DNA of 64,000 bases, from assembly GCA_963826115.1 (NCBI GenBank), contig CAWGVS010000006.1, positions 704,001 to 768,000 on the forward strand, in the 5' to 3' direction. The DNA is from an uncultured Candidatus Rokubacteria bacterium (GTDB taxonomy: Bacteria; Methylomirabilota; Methylomirabilia; Rokubacteriales; DASRDR01). Made by a program: the position numbers and the translations under genes. The notes under the pieces are model-generated. The model had not been told where the DNA came from and did no database searches. It was given only the letters and a program-made list of their open reading frames with translations. Of the stretch, positions 49,133 to 59,481 are shown one piece after another. Within the stretch, counting starts at the first letter, position 1; every line of letters starts with the position of its first letter.

Positions 49133-49968
49133 GTGATTGACGCGCCGGCGGGTGCCCGCGCCGCGGGCCGGTTCGACCTTGGGGGCCGGACCGCGCTCGT
49201 GACCGGCGCCAGCCGCGGTATCGGGCGCGCGATCGCGATCGGCCTGGCCGAGGCGGGCGCCGACGTCGTGGTCCACTACCAGAACGCCGCCGAGGCCGCC
49301 AAGGACTGCGCGCGCGCGATCGAATCCGCGGGGCGCCGCGCCTGGATCGCCGCCGCCGATTTCACCCGCGCCGGCAGCGGCGCCGCGCTGGCCCGCCAGG
49401 CGCTGGGCATGGCCCCGCAGCTCGACATCCTGGTCCTGAACGCCGGCGGCGGGATGCGCCAGGCCTTCGTCGACGTGACCGCCGAGGGATTCCTGGCCCA
49501 GGCCCACGCCAACTTCCTCGCGGGGTTCGAGCTCCTCCAGGCGTGCCTGCCGCCGATGGCCGCGCGCGGCTGGGGCCGCGTGGTGACGATCGGCAGCGTG
49601 CAGCAGGTGCGGCCGAACCCGGCGCTGTCGGTCTACGCGGCGATGAAGTCGGCGCAGCTCAACCTCGTCGTCAACCTCGCGAAGCAGTACGCGCGCCACG
49701 GCGTGACGGTCAACAACGTCGCCCCGGGCATGATCGCGACGGACGCCACGGCCCCGCAGCTCGCGCAGGAGGCGACGCGCGCGGCGCTCCTGGACGAGAT
49801 CCCGCGCGCAGCATCGGCGAGCCCGCCGACTGCGTCGGCCCGGTGGTGATGCTGTGCTCCGAGGCGGGCCGCTACGTGACCGGCGTCGACCTGTTCGTCG
49901 ACGGCGGCATGCACCTGCCCGGCCGCGCGGCCTTCATCGGCGCCGACGGGCGCCTGGCGCCGTCATGA
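49133..49968 (+). CDS. Short-chain dehydrogenase/reductase; frameshift near 49810
   Basis: TGASRGIG, NAG, YAAMK, NNVAPGMIAT, YVTG...VDGG. Confidence 0.9.
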
Positions 49969-50859
49969 TCGCGAGCGGCGCCATGGACTACGCGGCGACT
50001 CCGCCCCGGCGGCGGCGCGGCAGCTTCGAGCGCCGGCTGTTCATGCCGGCGTTCGTGTTCGTGGTCGTGGTCTCGTTCGTGCCGTTCGTCTACGCGCTGG
50101 TGCAGAGCCTGCACCGGTCGGACTTCCTGGACCTGGGCCGCTTCGTCGGCTTCGGCAACTACGTCGACTTCCTGACCGACCGGCCGGGCATCGGGAAGAC
50201 GCTGATCTTCACCGCGGGATGCCTGGCTGGTCACCCTGCCGCTGGGCGTCCTGTTCGCGCTCCTGCTGAACGAGATCGGGCGCGGCCGCGAGCTGATCCG
50301 CACGATCCTGATCGTGCCGTGGCTCCTGTCCGGCGTGGTGACCGGGCGCATCTGGGCCTGGGTGCTGAACGGAGACCTGGGGCCGCTCGCCCACCTCCTG
50401 CGCGGCTTCGACGTCCGCATGCCGAACGCGGTCACGAGCCCCGCGCTGGCCATGCCCGCCGTGATCGTCGCCCACTCGTGGTCGGCCTATCCCCTGGTCA
50501 TGGTGCTGACGCTGGCGGCGCTCCAGACGATCCCGAAGGAGGTGCTGGAGGCCGCGCGCATCGACGGCGCGGTGGGTCTCCGCCGCTTCCGGTACATCGT
50601 CTTCCCGCTGATCCGCAACACCGCGCTGGTGCTGACCGTGCTGACGTCGATCCACGCCTTCAACCACGTGACGCTCGTGTTCGTGATGACGGGCGGCGGA
50701 CCGGTGGGCAGCACCGAGGTGATGGCGCTGCGCGTCTTCATGGAGGGCTTCCGCTTCTACCACCTGGGGATCGCGTCGGCGGGCGCGGTGCTCATGTTCC
50801 TGCTGAACATCGCGTTCACCTTCGCCTACGTCCGCGTGCTGCGGACGGATCGCGCGTGA
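49965..50859 (+). CDS. Carbohydrate ABC transporter permease (CUT1); frameshift near 50215
   Basis: FVGFGNY, IPKEVLEAARIDGA, VMTGGGP. Confidence 0.88.
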
Positions 50860-51690
50860 TGCAGGGCGGCGGGGCCGGGTCACCGGCTGGGCGTACGCGA
50901 TCCTGCTGGCGGGATGCGCCTTCGCCCTGATCCCGATCCTGTGGGCGCTGTCGACCTCGCTGAAGGACATCGCCGACGCGACGGCCTATCCGCCGAAGTG
51001 GATCCCGGAGCGCCCGACCCTGGCGAACTACCGCGTCGATCCTGTTCAGCGACCGCTACGTCCAAGTACCTCGTCAACACGCTCCTGGTCGGCGCGGGCG
51101 CGGTGACGCTGAGCCTCTGCATCGCGGCGCCCGCCGCCTACGCGGCGGCGCGCGGCCGGTTCGCCGGCAAGGACTCGATGCTGTTCGTGCTGTGGGCGAC
51201 CATCATGATGCCGGGCGCGGCGATCATCGTGCCGCTGTACCTCGTCACGGTCTGGGTCGGGCTCTACGACACCTATGCCGGGCTGGTGATCGTGTACAGC
51301 GCCGCGATCGTCCCGACGCTGGTGTGGCTCCTGCGCGGGTTCGTCCAGGGCGTCTCGCCCGACCTCGAGCAGGCGGCGATGATCGACGGCTGCGGCCGCT
51401 GGGGCGTGTTCTGGCGCATCACGCTGCCGCTGGTCCGGCCGGGGCTGATCGCCGGCGCGATCTTCGCGTTCGTCACCGTGTGGAACGAGTTTCTGATCGC
51501 CTTCAGCCTCACCCTGCGCGACGAGCTGCGCACGATCCAGGTCGGCATCTACTTCTTCATCACCGACGTCGGGATCGAGTGGGGCCGGATGATGGCGGCG
51601 GTGATCGCGTCGATCGTGCCGATCGTCGCCCTGTACGCGCTCTTGCAGCAGCGCTTCGTCGAGGGCATGACCGGTGCGATCAAGGAGTGA
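50859..51690 (+). CDS. Carbohydrate ABC transporter permease (CUT1); frameshifts near 50880 and 51035
   Basis: DLEQAAMIDGCG, WNEFL, WGRMMAA, QQRFVEGMTGAIK. Confidence 0.88.
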
Positions 51691-51754
51691 GGGGAGCGGC
51701 CGGCCGCGCGCGGCGGCCGCCATGACCGGACACCAGGAGGGAAGGGAGGCCACG

Positions 51755-53022
51755 ATGACCATGCTGAAGCGGCTGAGCGTCGCGCTGGTGGCGCTGATGC
51801 TGCGCTGCCCTGGACCGCCGGGGCGCAGACCACGACCATCGAGTTCTGGAGCTTCATCGACCCGGCCGGAGCCAACGTCCGCTCGAAGACTCTCGCGTAC
51901 ATCATCGAGACCTTCGAGAAGGCCAACCCGGGCATCAAGGTGAAGACGACCGTCGTGCAGTGGGACCAGATCTCGAGCCAGCTCCTCCGCGCCGACAAGG
52001 CGGGCGCGGTCCCCGACGTCGTGATGCTCTACTCGCCGAACATCCAGGCGAACCTGCAGGCGGGGAACCTGATGGTGCTCGACAAGTACCTCTCGGCCTG
52101 GCCCGAGGCGGACCGCAAGGACATCATCATGCTCAGCGTCGCCAAGAAGGACGGCAAGGTCTACGCCCTGCCGTGGGAGCTGCGGGTGCTGGGCATGGCC
52201 TACAACGCCAAGGCGCTGCGCGAGCGCAACATGCCGGTGCCCGGCACGCTCGACGAGCTGGCGACCGAGGCCTCGGCGCTGACCAAGGAGGGTCTGGTCG
52301 GGCTCGCCTTCGGCTTCAATCCGGCGGACGCGACGGGCTCGGCGGAGTGGTTCATCCCGACGCTCAGCGGGATGGGCGCCAAGGTCCTGAACGACGACGG
52401 CACCGCGGCGTTCGACAGCCCCCAGGCGCGGAAGCTCGTGCAGTACATCTACGACCTGGTCCACAAGTACAAGGCGGTCACGATGGACGTGGCGCTGTCG
52501 GGCGACGAGGCGATCCAGCAGATGGCCGAGTCCGGGCGGGCCGTGTTCGTGCGCACGGGCACCCACCGGATCGCCGCCATGCGGGAGAAGTCCAAGCTGG
52601 GGAACGACCTCCAGTTCATGCCGGTCCCGAGCTTCGAGAAGGGCAAGCGCTCGCCGGCGCTCCTGCAGGGCTGGCACGCCGCGGTCCCGGCCAAGGCGAA
52701 GCACGCCGACGCGGCCTTCAAGTTCATCGAGCACTGGGTGTCGAAGGACATCCAGAGCTACCAGTCCCAGAGCGCGGGCTACCTGCCGACGCGCGAGAGC
52801 GTGGCGAAGTCGGACGTGTTCAACACTCCGGAGCGGCAGTACGTGCGCGATGCGATCGTCTGGGCGCACCAGGATCCCTTGAACTTCAGCTGGCCCGCCA
52901 AGTCGGACTACCTGATCAACGTGCTCGCCCGCATGTTCGAGCAGGTCGTGACCCAGAAGATGCAGATCCCCGACGCGCTCAAGTGGGCCGAGGTCGAGTA
53001 CAACAAGCAGATCAAGCAGTAG
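51755..53022 (+). CDS. Extracellular solute-binding protein family 1 (sugar/sugar acid); frameshift in signal region near 51810
   Basis: GGAGG RBS, signal peptide, FEKANPGIKV, PDVV, DGKVYALP, YN, GYLPTR. Confidence 0.88.
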
Positions 53023-53054
53023 CGCGCCGCCCGCGGCGCCGCGACGACTGAGGA

Positions 53055-53097
53055 CGGCGAGGGGCTGGCCGCACCGGGCGGCCCGGGCCCCTCGCCG
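53055..53097 (+). terminator. GC-rich stem-loop after SBP gene
   Basis: CGGCGAGGGGC...GCCCCTCGCCG inverted repeat with inner GGCCGC/GCGGCC stem. Confidence 0.5.
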
Positions 53098-53201
53098 GGC
53101 TTCAGCCGCGCCCGGGGCCGTGGATGACGCGTCGACAGCCCGGCCACGCGCGACCTGAAGCGCGCGGCCCCGAGCGGCTCGCCCGCGCACGGAGTGTCGC
53201 G

Positions 53202-54354
53202 ATGAAGATCGTCAGCCTGGACGCCATTCCCGTCAGCGTGCCGTACCGTCTGCGCGAGACCAGCGCGATCATCAACCGCGGCGGCGTGTCCGACGTGATC
53301 GTCAGGCTCGTCACCGACACCGGCCTGGTCGGGTGGGGCGAGGCCTGCAAGGCGACCGACACGCTGGCGCTCGAGCGCGGGGTTCGAGCGTGCGCGCCGC
53401 TCCTGGTGGGCCGCGACCCCTGGGAGCACGAGGCCATCCTGGCCGACATCTACAGGCGCGGCCTGTGGTACCTCCAGCCGATGTTCGGCAACTCGATCCT
53501 GGCCGGGATCGACATGGCGCTGTGGGACCTCTGCGGCAAGGACTGCGGCCAGCCGCTGTACCGAGATGCTCGGCGGCGCGCGCCGACCCTCGGTCAACTA
53601 CGCCCACTACGTCCGCTGGGACACGGATCCCGCGAACGTGGCCGAGCACGCGCGCGAGGGCGTCGAGCTCGGGTACTCCGTGTTCTACATGAAGGCGGGC
53701 GTCGACGAGGCGGTCGAGGAGCGGACCCTGGAGATGGTCCGCGGCGTGATCGGCCCCACGCGCAAGATCCGCATCGACTGCAACCAGGCGTGGTCGGTTC
53801 CGACCGCGATCCGGCTCATCAACCGGTGGCACCAGGCGTTCGACCTCGACTTCGTGGAGGCGCCGGTGCCGCACGAGCCGATCGAGAGCATGACCGACGT
53901 GCGCCGCGCCGTGACGGCGCCGCTGGCGGCGAACGAGGGCCTGTGGCGCGAGAGCGACGTCGTGCGCATGATCCGCGCGCGCTGCGCCGACTACCTGTGC
54001 TTCGGCCCGCACCTGGTGGGCTCGATCCGGCGCTTCGTCGCCCTCATGCATCTCGGCGACCTGGAGGGCATGCAGCTCTGCAAGCACAGCCGCGGCGAGC
54101 TCGGCATCTGCGCCTCGGCCGCGCACCAGGTGATGCTGGCGGCGCCGAACGCCTGCGCCGGACAGCAGCAGAACGCGCACCGGCTGAGCGACGACGTGGT
54201 CAGGGCGCGCATCCCGATCCGCGACGGGCCCGACTGGGGCCTCGTCGACACGCCCGGCATCGGCGTGGAGGTCGACGAGGACAAGGTTCGCGTCTACCAC
54301 GAGAACTTCCTGCGCCACGTCGACTTCACGCCGTTCGGCGACCAGAGGCGGTAG
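53202..54354 (+). CDS. Mandelate racemase/muconate lactonizing enzyme family protein; frameshift near 53565
   Basis: TDTGLVGWGE, IDMALWDLCGK, YMKAG, RIDCNQAW, FVEAP, ANE, PGIG. Confidence 0.88.
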
Positions 54355-54419
54355 CTCCACGGGGCCGCGACACCAGCTCGAGCCGGCGAGGGGGCGATCC
54401 CGCCGGATGCCAGGTCCCG

Positions 54420-55424
54420 TCAGCCCGCGCGCGGGGGGAGCGAGCGGCCGATCAGCGCGCGCTCCCGGACCGGCAGGTCGAGCGTGACCTCGGCGGGGAA
54501 CTGGTCGCTCGTGTCGGTGCAGGGCTGGTAGCGGACGCTCACCCGCACGACCTGGTCTCCGGCCCCCGGCGGCGCCGCGAACGTCAGCGACGCGACGCCG
54601 CGCAACGTGCCGGTGTGGACGGCGGACGGCGCGGGGCGTCCGCCGACTCGCAGGTGCCGGGGCAGCGGCCATGCCGCCGGCTCGACCGCCAGGCCGGCGA
54701 GCGGCGCGACGGCCAGGGCGAGACCCTCCGCGCCCCCGGGCGGCGGGGCCGCGTACACGTGGAGGCCTGCCGGGATCGCGACCTCGACGCCTAGTCGGAG
54801 CCGCTGGAAGAAGGCGAAGTCGGGCGCGTCGAGCCAGGCCCGGACCCGGACGCCCCCCGCCTCGACCCACCCGGTGTCAGGCGGTGTCTCGACCTCGTCC
54901 AGCATGTGCGCGAGCAGCCCGAGCCCGGTGTCACGCTCCCGATAGCTCGCGTGGAACCGCTTCCGGGCGACGACGCCGCGCGCATCGAGGAGGAACACGC
55001 CGGGATAGGGGACGCCCACGTGCCGGGGATTCGGCGCGATGCCGTACGCCGCATGGTCATCCTGGACCCGCTCGTTGAGCAGCCCGAGCGCGCGGATGAC
55101 GAGGCTGCCCTCGTCGGACAGGAGCGGATACCCGATGCCGTGCTCCGCGGCGAACGCCCGGAGCACCGCGGGCGCGTCGTAGCTGATCGCGAAGACGGCC
55201 ACGTCGTGCGCGGCGAGACGGGGCAGGATTCGCCGCAGCTCGACGAGCTGCGTCTTGCAGAAGGGTCACCAGTCGGCGCTGCGGTGGAAGACGACGAGCG
55301 CTCGGTGCGCCCCGCGGCGCTCGTGGAGGTCGACGGTCTCGCCGGACTGATCGGGCAGGCGCACGTCCGGGAACCGCTCTCCCTCGCGCGGGCCGATCGT
55401 CGTGAAGTCCCTAGGCGGTAGCAA
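54420..55424 (-). CDS. Selenoprotein: AhpC/TSA (peroxiredoxin-like) domain with UxxC fused to a DsbD-N-like domain; TGA 55268-55266 read as Sec
   Basis: GGGAGG RBS then TTG 55424; MLPPRDFTTIGPREGERFPDVRLPDQSG...VVFHRSADW-U-PFC-KTQLVEL continues in frame into ORF 54420..55202 (AISYD, LLSD, PYPG, GLHVY, YQPC). Confidence 0.88.
55234..55252 (-). promoter_or_regulatory. Bacterial SECIS-like hairpin
   Basis: Minus strand CGCAGCUC-GUC-GAGCUGCG, 8-bp stem starting 13 nt after the UGA; loop starts with GU. Confidence 0.75.
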
Positions 55425-55818
55425 CGGTCACCCTCCCTCGATGCTCACGGTCAGGACGCCGATCAGGCTCGACCCGCCGCTCCAGCGACCGTCCAAGCTC
55501 GAGATGATCGGACGTCGCGCGGCCGGTGACCGGCCCATGGTACCCCAATCGTTCGCCGCACCTGCCGGGACTCGAACACTCGCCAGGCGGGACGACGCCG
55601 CGTGGCGGGCGCGTGCCAGGCTCGGTGGTCGGCACGTCGCCGGTGCCGTGCGTCCATGGCGTGCTCACGAGCCGATCGGTCCAGGCCGCACCGGCCGGCG
55701 GTCTTCCGGGCCAGCCTCCGGATCACCGGGAGCGGGAGGCGCACCGCGCTGGTGCGAGCCACCTCGGCGATGAGCGCACCGGTGGCGCGACTCCCGGGCC
55801 ATCGGGCCGGCGCCGCGC

Positions 55819-55965
55819 CTACCGCGCGCGCTTCCGCGCGTGCTTGAAGAACTGGACCTGGCGCTCGCGCTTCAGGGCCTCCTCGCGCGTGCGGTAGGGG
55901 CCGCCGAGCTTGCGCGAGCCGTCCCTCGAGTAGAGGACGTAACCCTTTGCCGTCTTCCGGATCAT
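55819..55965 (-). CDS. Small basic hypothetical protein (48 aa; below ORF-track cutoff)
   Basis: MIRKTAKGYVLYSRDGSRKLGGPYRTREEALKRERQVQFFKHARKRAR; co-oriented directly after the O-methyltransferase. Confidence 0.75.
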   Translation of the reverse strand: MIRKTAKGYVLYSRDGSRKLGGPYRTREEALKRERQVQFFKHARKRAR

Positions 55966-55993
55966 CGACGGCCTTCTGGCGCCTGGCCGTCGC

Positions 55994-56614
55994 TCACGCC
56001 GGCTCGAAGCGGCTGACCTCGATCCCCGACCCGACCGGGAGCAGCACGCTCGTGATCCCGGGCTTCGCGCGCACGGCCTCGCCGTAGCGCCGCACCGCGT
56101 CGCCTCCCGGGCGCAGCATGTTGTCGGCGACGACGATCGCGCCCGGATTGAGCCGGGGATAGAAGGCCTCGAGGCAGGGGACGTAGAGGTCCTTCCAGAG
56201 GTCGAGGAGCACGAAGTCCAGCCGGAACGGGAGGCGGGCGATCAGCTCCACCGCGTCGCCGACCTCGAAGTCGACGTGGTCGGCGAGGCCCGCCCGCGTC
56301 GCCATCTCGCGGGCGTAGGCCGACTTGTAGTCCCGGAGCTCCATCGTGGTCAGCCGGCCGCCGGACGCCCGGGCGGCGTCCGCCAGCCAGATGCCGGAGT
56401 ACCCGTAGGAGGTGCCGATCTCGAGGATCCGCGGCGCCGTCAGGCTGCGCGCGAGGATGTTGATCAGCCGGCCAGTGTCCGGCCCCACGGGGAGGAGATA
56501 GCGGTCGAGCCAGTCGTCCGGCTCACCCGGCGGCCGCGGCTCGTGGAGGCTCCGCTCCTCCTCGCGCATTCGCTCGTGGTAGACGTCGAGCACCGCCGAG
56601 ACCCTGGCGTCCAT
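55994..56614 (-). CDS. O-methyltransferase (class I SAM-dependent)
   Basis: ILEIGTSYGYSG, GDA, DFVLLDLWKDLY, VADN. Confidence 0.9.
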   Translation of the reverse strand: MDARVSAVLDVYHERMREEERSLHEPRPPGEPDDWLDRYLLPVGPDTGRLINILARSLTAPRILEIGTSYGYSGIWLADAARASGGRLTTMELRDYKSAYAREMATRAGLADHVDFEVGDAVELIARLPFRLDFVLLDLWKDLYVPCLEAFYPRLNPGAIVVADNMLRPGGDAVRRYGEAVRAKPGITSVLLPVGSGIEVSRFEPA

Positions 56615-56630
56615 TCGGGCCCTCCGGGGA

Positions 56631-57665
56631 TCAGTACCCGCGCGCCCGGTCGAAGACGTTCCGGAGCGGCTCGCCTGCGAGATAGCGACGCAGGTTGTCG
56701 CAGAAGAGGTCGACCAGCCGGACGTTCTCGTCGAGCGCCGTGCTCATGCTGTGCGGCGTGACCAGGACGTTCGGCAGGTCCCACAGGGGGCTCCCGTCGG
56801 GCAGGGGCTCCTTCGCGAAGACGTCGAGCGCCGCGCCGCCGAGATGGCCCGACCGGAGCGCCTCGACGAGGGCGGTCTCGTCCACGAGCTGGCCGCGCCC
56901 GATGTTGATCAGGACGGCGCCGGGCTTCATCGCGGCGATCTCGGTCTTGCCGAGGAGGCCGGCCGTCTCGGGCGTGAACGGCACGATCAGGGTGACGTAG
57001 TCGCTCTCCTGGAGGAGCGTCCGGAGGCCGGACGGCGGGTACACCGCGTCGGCGTCGGGCGCTCCGGCCAAATCGCCGGCCGTCCGCCGGACGGCGAGAA
57101 CGCGGAGCCCCGCGGCGCGGGCGAGGCGCGCGATCGTGCGGCCCACGTGGCCGAATCCCACGATGCCGAGCGTCTTGCCGGGCAGCGTGTCGAGGGCGAA
57201 CCGCTCCCAGTGGTGGCGCCGCTGGTCGGCGAGGACGCGCGGCATGCGCTTCGCGAAGTAGAGCATCGCGAACAGGACGAACTCGGCGAGCGCGGTCGCG
57301 TGGAGCCCCGCCGCGTTGGTCACGACGATCGGCCGGTCGCCGAGCCCCATGTGCTCGACGATCTGCCCCACGCCGGAGCTCGAGAGCTGGATCCAGCGGA
57401 GCCGGGGCGCCTGGCGGGCGAGGTCTCGCTCGGTCGCGCGATCGAGGTCGAGCATGACCTCGGCCCCGGCGACCAGCGCGGTCCACTCGGCGGCCTGGGC
57501 GGGCGTCCGGGTCATCGGCGCCGTGTGATCGCCCGGATAGCGCGGGCGCCCGATGAGGTCGCCGCGATAGACGACGTCGAGGCGGGGATCGACCGCCCGG
57601 ATGCGGTCGACGAGCGGCGGCTCGAGCGCGGACGCGACGAGGACTCGGATCCGTGGCGCGGTCAT
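56631..57665 (-). CDS. D-2-hydroxyacid dehydrogenase
   Basis: VTNAAG, GIVGFGHVG, INIGRG, ALDVFAKEPL, VTPH. Confidence 0.92.
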   Translation of the reverse strand: MTAPRIRVLVASALEPPLVDRIRAVDPRLDVVYRGDLIGRPRYPGDHTAPMTRTPAQAAEWTALVAGAEVMLDLDRATERDLARQAPRLRWIQLSSSGVGQIVEHMGLGDRPIVVTNAAGLHATALAEFVLFAMLYFAKRMPRVLADQRRHHWERFALDTLPGKTLGIVGFGHVGRTIARLARAAGLRVLAVRRTAGDLAGAPDADAVYPPSGLRTLLQESDYVTLIVPFTPETAGLLGKTEIAAMKPGAVLINIGRGQLVDETALVEALRSGHLGGAALDVFAKEPLPDGSPLWDLPNVLVTPHSMSTALDENVRLVDLFCDNLRRYLAGEPLRNVFDRARGY

Positions 57666-57679
57666 CGGAATGGCGTCCC

Positions 57680-58576
57680 TCACGTGAGCGAGGCGACCGG
57701 GCGCGCGGGTCGCGGCCGCGGCGGGCGGGCGAGTCGCGGGACGTCGCCGTCGAGCGTCGTCCGGTGCATGCGCCGGCGGTGGCGCGTCTCGTCGAACTCG
57801 GTGGCGCAGTGCTGGGTGCAGCGGTTGTCCCAGAGGACGGCGTCGCCCACGCGCCAGCGGTGGCGGTAGACGAACTCGGGGCGCGTGGCCCACTCCTGGA
57901 GGTAGCGGATCAGGTCCCGGCCCTCGCCCTCCGGCAGGCCCTCGACCTCGCAGGCCCAGCGTCCGATGTAGAGCGCGGTCCACCCCGAGCGCGGGTGCTC
58001 CCGCGCGATGGGATGCCACACGTCGGGACGCTGGGCCTTCTGCGCGTCGGTGAGCGGCGCCATGTGCGGGTAGTGGACGTGGTGGAGACGCACCCGGCTG
58101 AAGCACGCCCGCCGGTCGTCGATCACGCGGCGGACGTCCGCGGGCAGGGCGGCGAAGGCGGCGTAGGTGTCCGCGAAGAGCGTGTCGCCGCCCTCGGGCG
58201 GGACCTCGAGCGCGTGGAGGAAGGAGCCCGCGTTCGGGATCGCCTTGTCCTCGCCGTCCGAGTGCCAGCCCCACCCCGCGCGTCGGAGGCCGACGGGCTT
58301 GCCGTTCTCCTCGACGTTCGAGACGACGAAGACCTCCGGCCACTCGGGCAGGTTGAACTCGAGCGGCTCCATGACGTGGAGCGGGCCGAGGCGCCGGCTG
58401 AAGGCGACGTGCTGGGCGGGCGTCATCCGGAGGTCGCGGAAGAGCAGGATGCTGTGGCGGGTCCACGCCGCCTCGATCGCCGCCATCGTCCCCGCGTCGA
58501 GGTCCCGCGCGAGGTCGACGCCGACGACCTCGGCGCCGAAGCTCGGATGGAGCGGCCTGAGCTCGAGGGTCTTCAC
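57680..58576 (-). CDS. TauD/TfdA family Fe(II)/2-oxoglutarate dioxygenase
   Basis: FGAEV.GVDL, WHSDG, GGDTLFAD, WDNRCTQH, R. Confidence 0.92.
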   Translation of the reverse strand: MKTLELRPLHPSFGAEVVGVDLARDLDAGTMAAIEAAWTRHSILLFRDLRMTPAQHVAFSRRLGPLHVMEPLEFNLPEWPEVFVVSNVEENGKPVGLRRAGWGWHSDGEDKAIPNAGSFLHALEVPPEGGDTLFADTYAAFAALPADVRRVIDDRRACFSRVRLHHVHYPHMAPLTDAQKAQRPDVWHPIAREHPRSGWTALYIGRWACEVEGLPEGEGRDLIRYLQEWATRPEFVYRHRWRVGDAVLWDNRCTQHCATEFDETRHRRRMHRTTLDGDVPRLARPPRPRPARPVASLT

Positions 58577-58811
58577 GTGCTGCCAGCCTATCGCCCCGCG
58601 CGGCGCCGTCAACCCCTCGGGTCGACAGGGTTTCGACACGAGGCCCGGTCGCGTCGCCACGGCAGCGCGTCTCGATCGCGCGGTCGATGCGGCAGGACCG
58701 TGGCCGATCGCGCATCGACGGGGCTCTCGATCCGCGCGCAGCCGCCCGAGTCGCGTCCCGTCCCCGCAGCGCATGGAGACTTCGCATGCGGCGCGATCCG
58801 GAGCGGTTTGC

Positions 58812-58840
58812 TTGACTTCACCGGACCCGCTCACTATCGT
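58812..58840 (+). promoter_or_regulatory. Sigma70 promoter TTGACT-N17-TATCGT positioned for a leaderless transcript
   Basis: -10 box ends 6 nt before ATG 58847; no SD in between. Confidence 0.65.
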
Positions 58841-58846
58841 GATGCC

Positions 58847-59350
58847 ATGCCGAACAGGCCGGCGCGGGCTCGCGCGTGGGCGTTGATGTTCAGCGCGGTC
58901 ACGTTGCTCCTCCTGCTGCTCGGCGCGCCACCGACGGTTTCGGCGCATCCCGGCCACGCCGTCGCGCCGGTCGCCGATGCCCCCTGGACCGTTCCGCTTC
59001 CGCCCATTCCCGAGCTGGCCCTCGCTCTCGGGCTCCTGGCGGTCGCGACGGTTGCGCGGCGGGCACGTGGGCCCCGGTGGCTCCCGGTGGTCCTGTCCCT
59101 GCTGCTTGTGATCCTGGCCTGCGAGACAGCCCTTCATTCGGCGCACCATCTGACCGATCCGCGCAAGGCGGAGCACTGCGTCGTCTACTCGGCGTCGCTC
59201 CACCTGGGCGGGCTCGAGGCCTTGCGCGCCACGCCCGAGCTCTCGCGGTCGGGCGCCTTCCTGGACGCCGGGCGCCTCCACGAAGGCCAGCCCTTCGCCC
59301 GGGCCCTCGCCGGCCCGTCGTCTCGCGCCCCGCCCGTCCTCCCCGCCTAG
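58847..59350 (+). CDS. DUF2946/CruR/CutF-like membrane leader protein with C-terminal RAPP arrest motif
   Basis: Signal/TM segments, AHPGH, HSAHH..EHC, ends SSRAPPVLPA*; first gene of a copper-chaperone operon. Confidence 0.72.
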   Translation: MPNRPARARAWALMFSAVTLLLLLLGAPPTVSAHPGHAVAPVADAPWTVPLPPIPELALALGLLAVATVARRARGPRWLPVVLSLLLVILACETALHSAHHLTDPRKAEHCVVYSASLHLGGLEALRATPELSRSGAFLDAGRLHEGQPFARALAGPSSRAPPVLPA

Positions 59351-59481
59351 CTCGTTCCCTCCGTTACTGGCTGACGTCCCGCTCGTCCGGATCCCGGTTC
59401 TGCCCGGGGGCCGGATACCCGGAACGTCCGAGTCCCGGGTCCCTCGACCCGGATGGCGTGCGATCGGAAGGGAGCCGGGGC

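Noticed and set aside
54347-54358. ops-like GGCGGTAG sequences (also near 55414)
   Set aside because: They lack the downstream TG, lie at gene ends or inside genes, and are not upstream of the polysaccharide operon.
42057-54395. CGGCGAGGGG(G)C at about 42058, 53055 and 54385 as a REP-like family
   Set aside because: Short and GC-only biased; only one copy forms a full hairpin, so there is not enough evidence for a repeat family.
55411-55773. Short ORFs upstream of the selenoprotein
   Set aside because: No motifs, RBS or codon bias; treated as intergenic.
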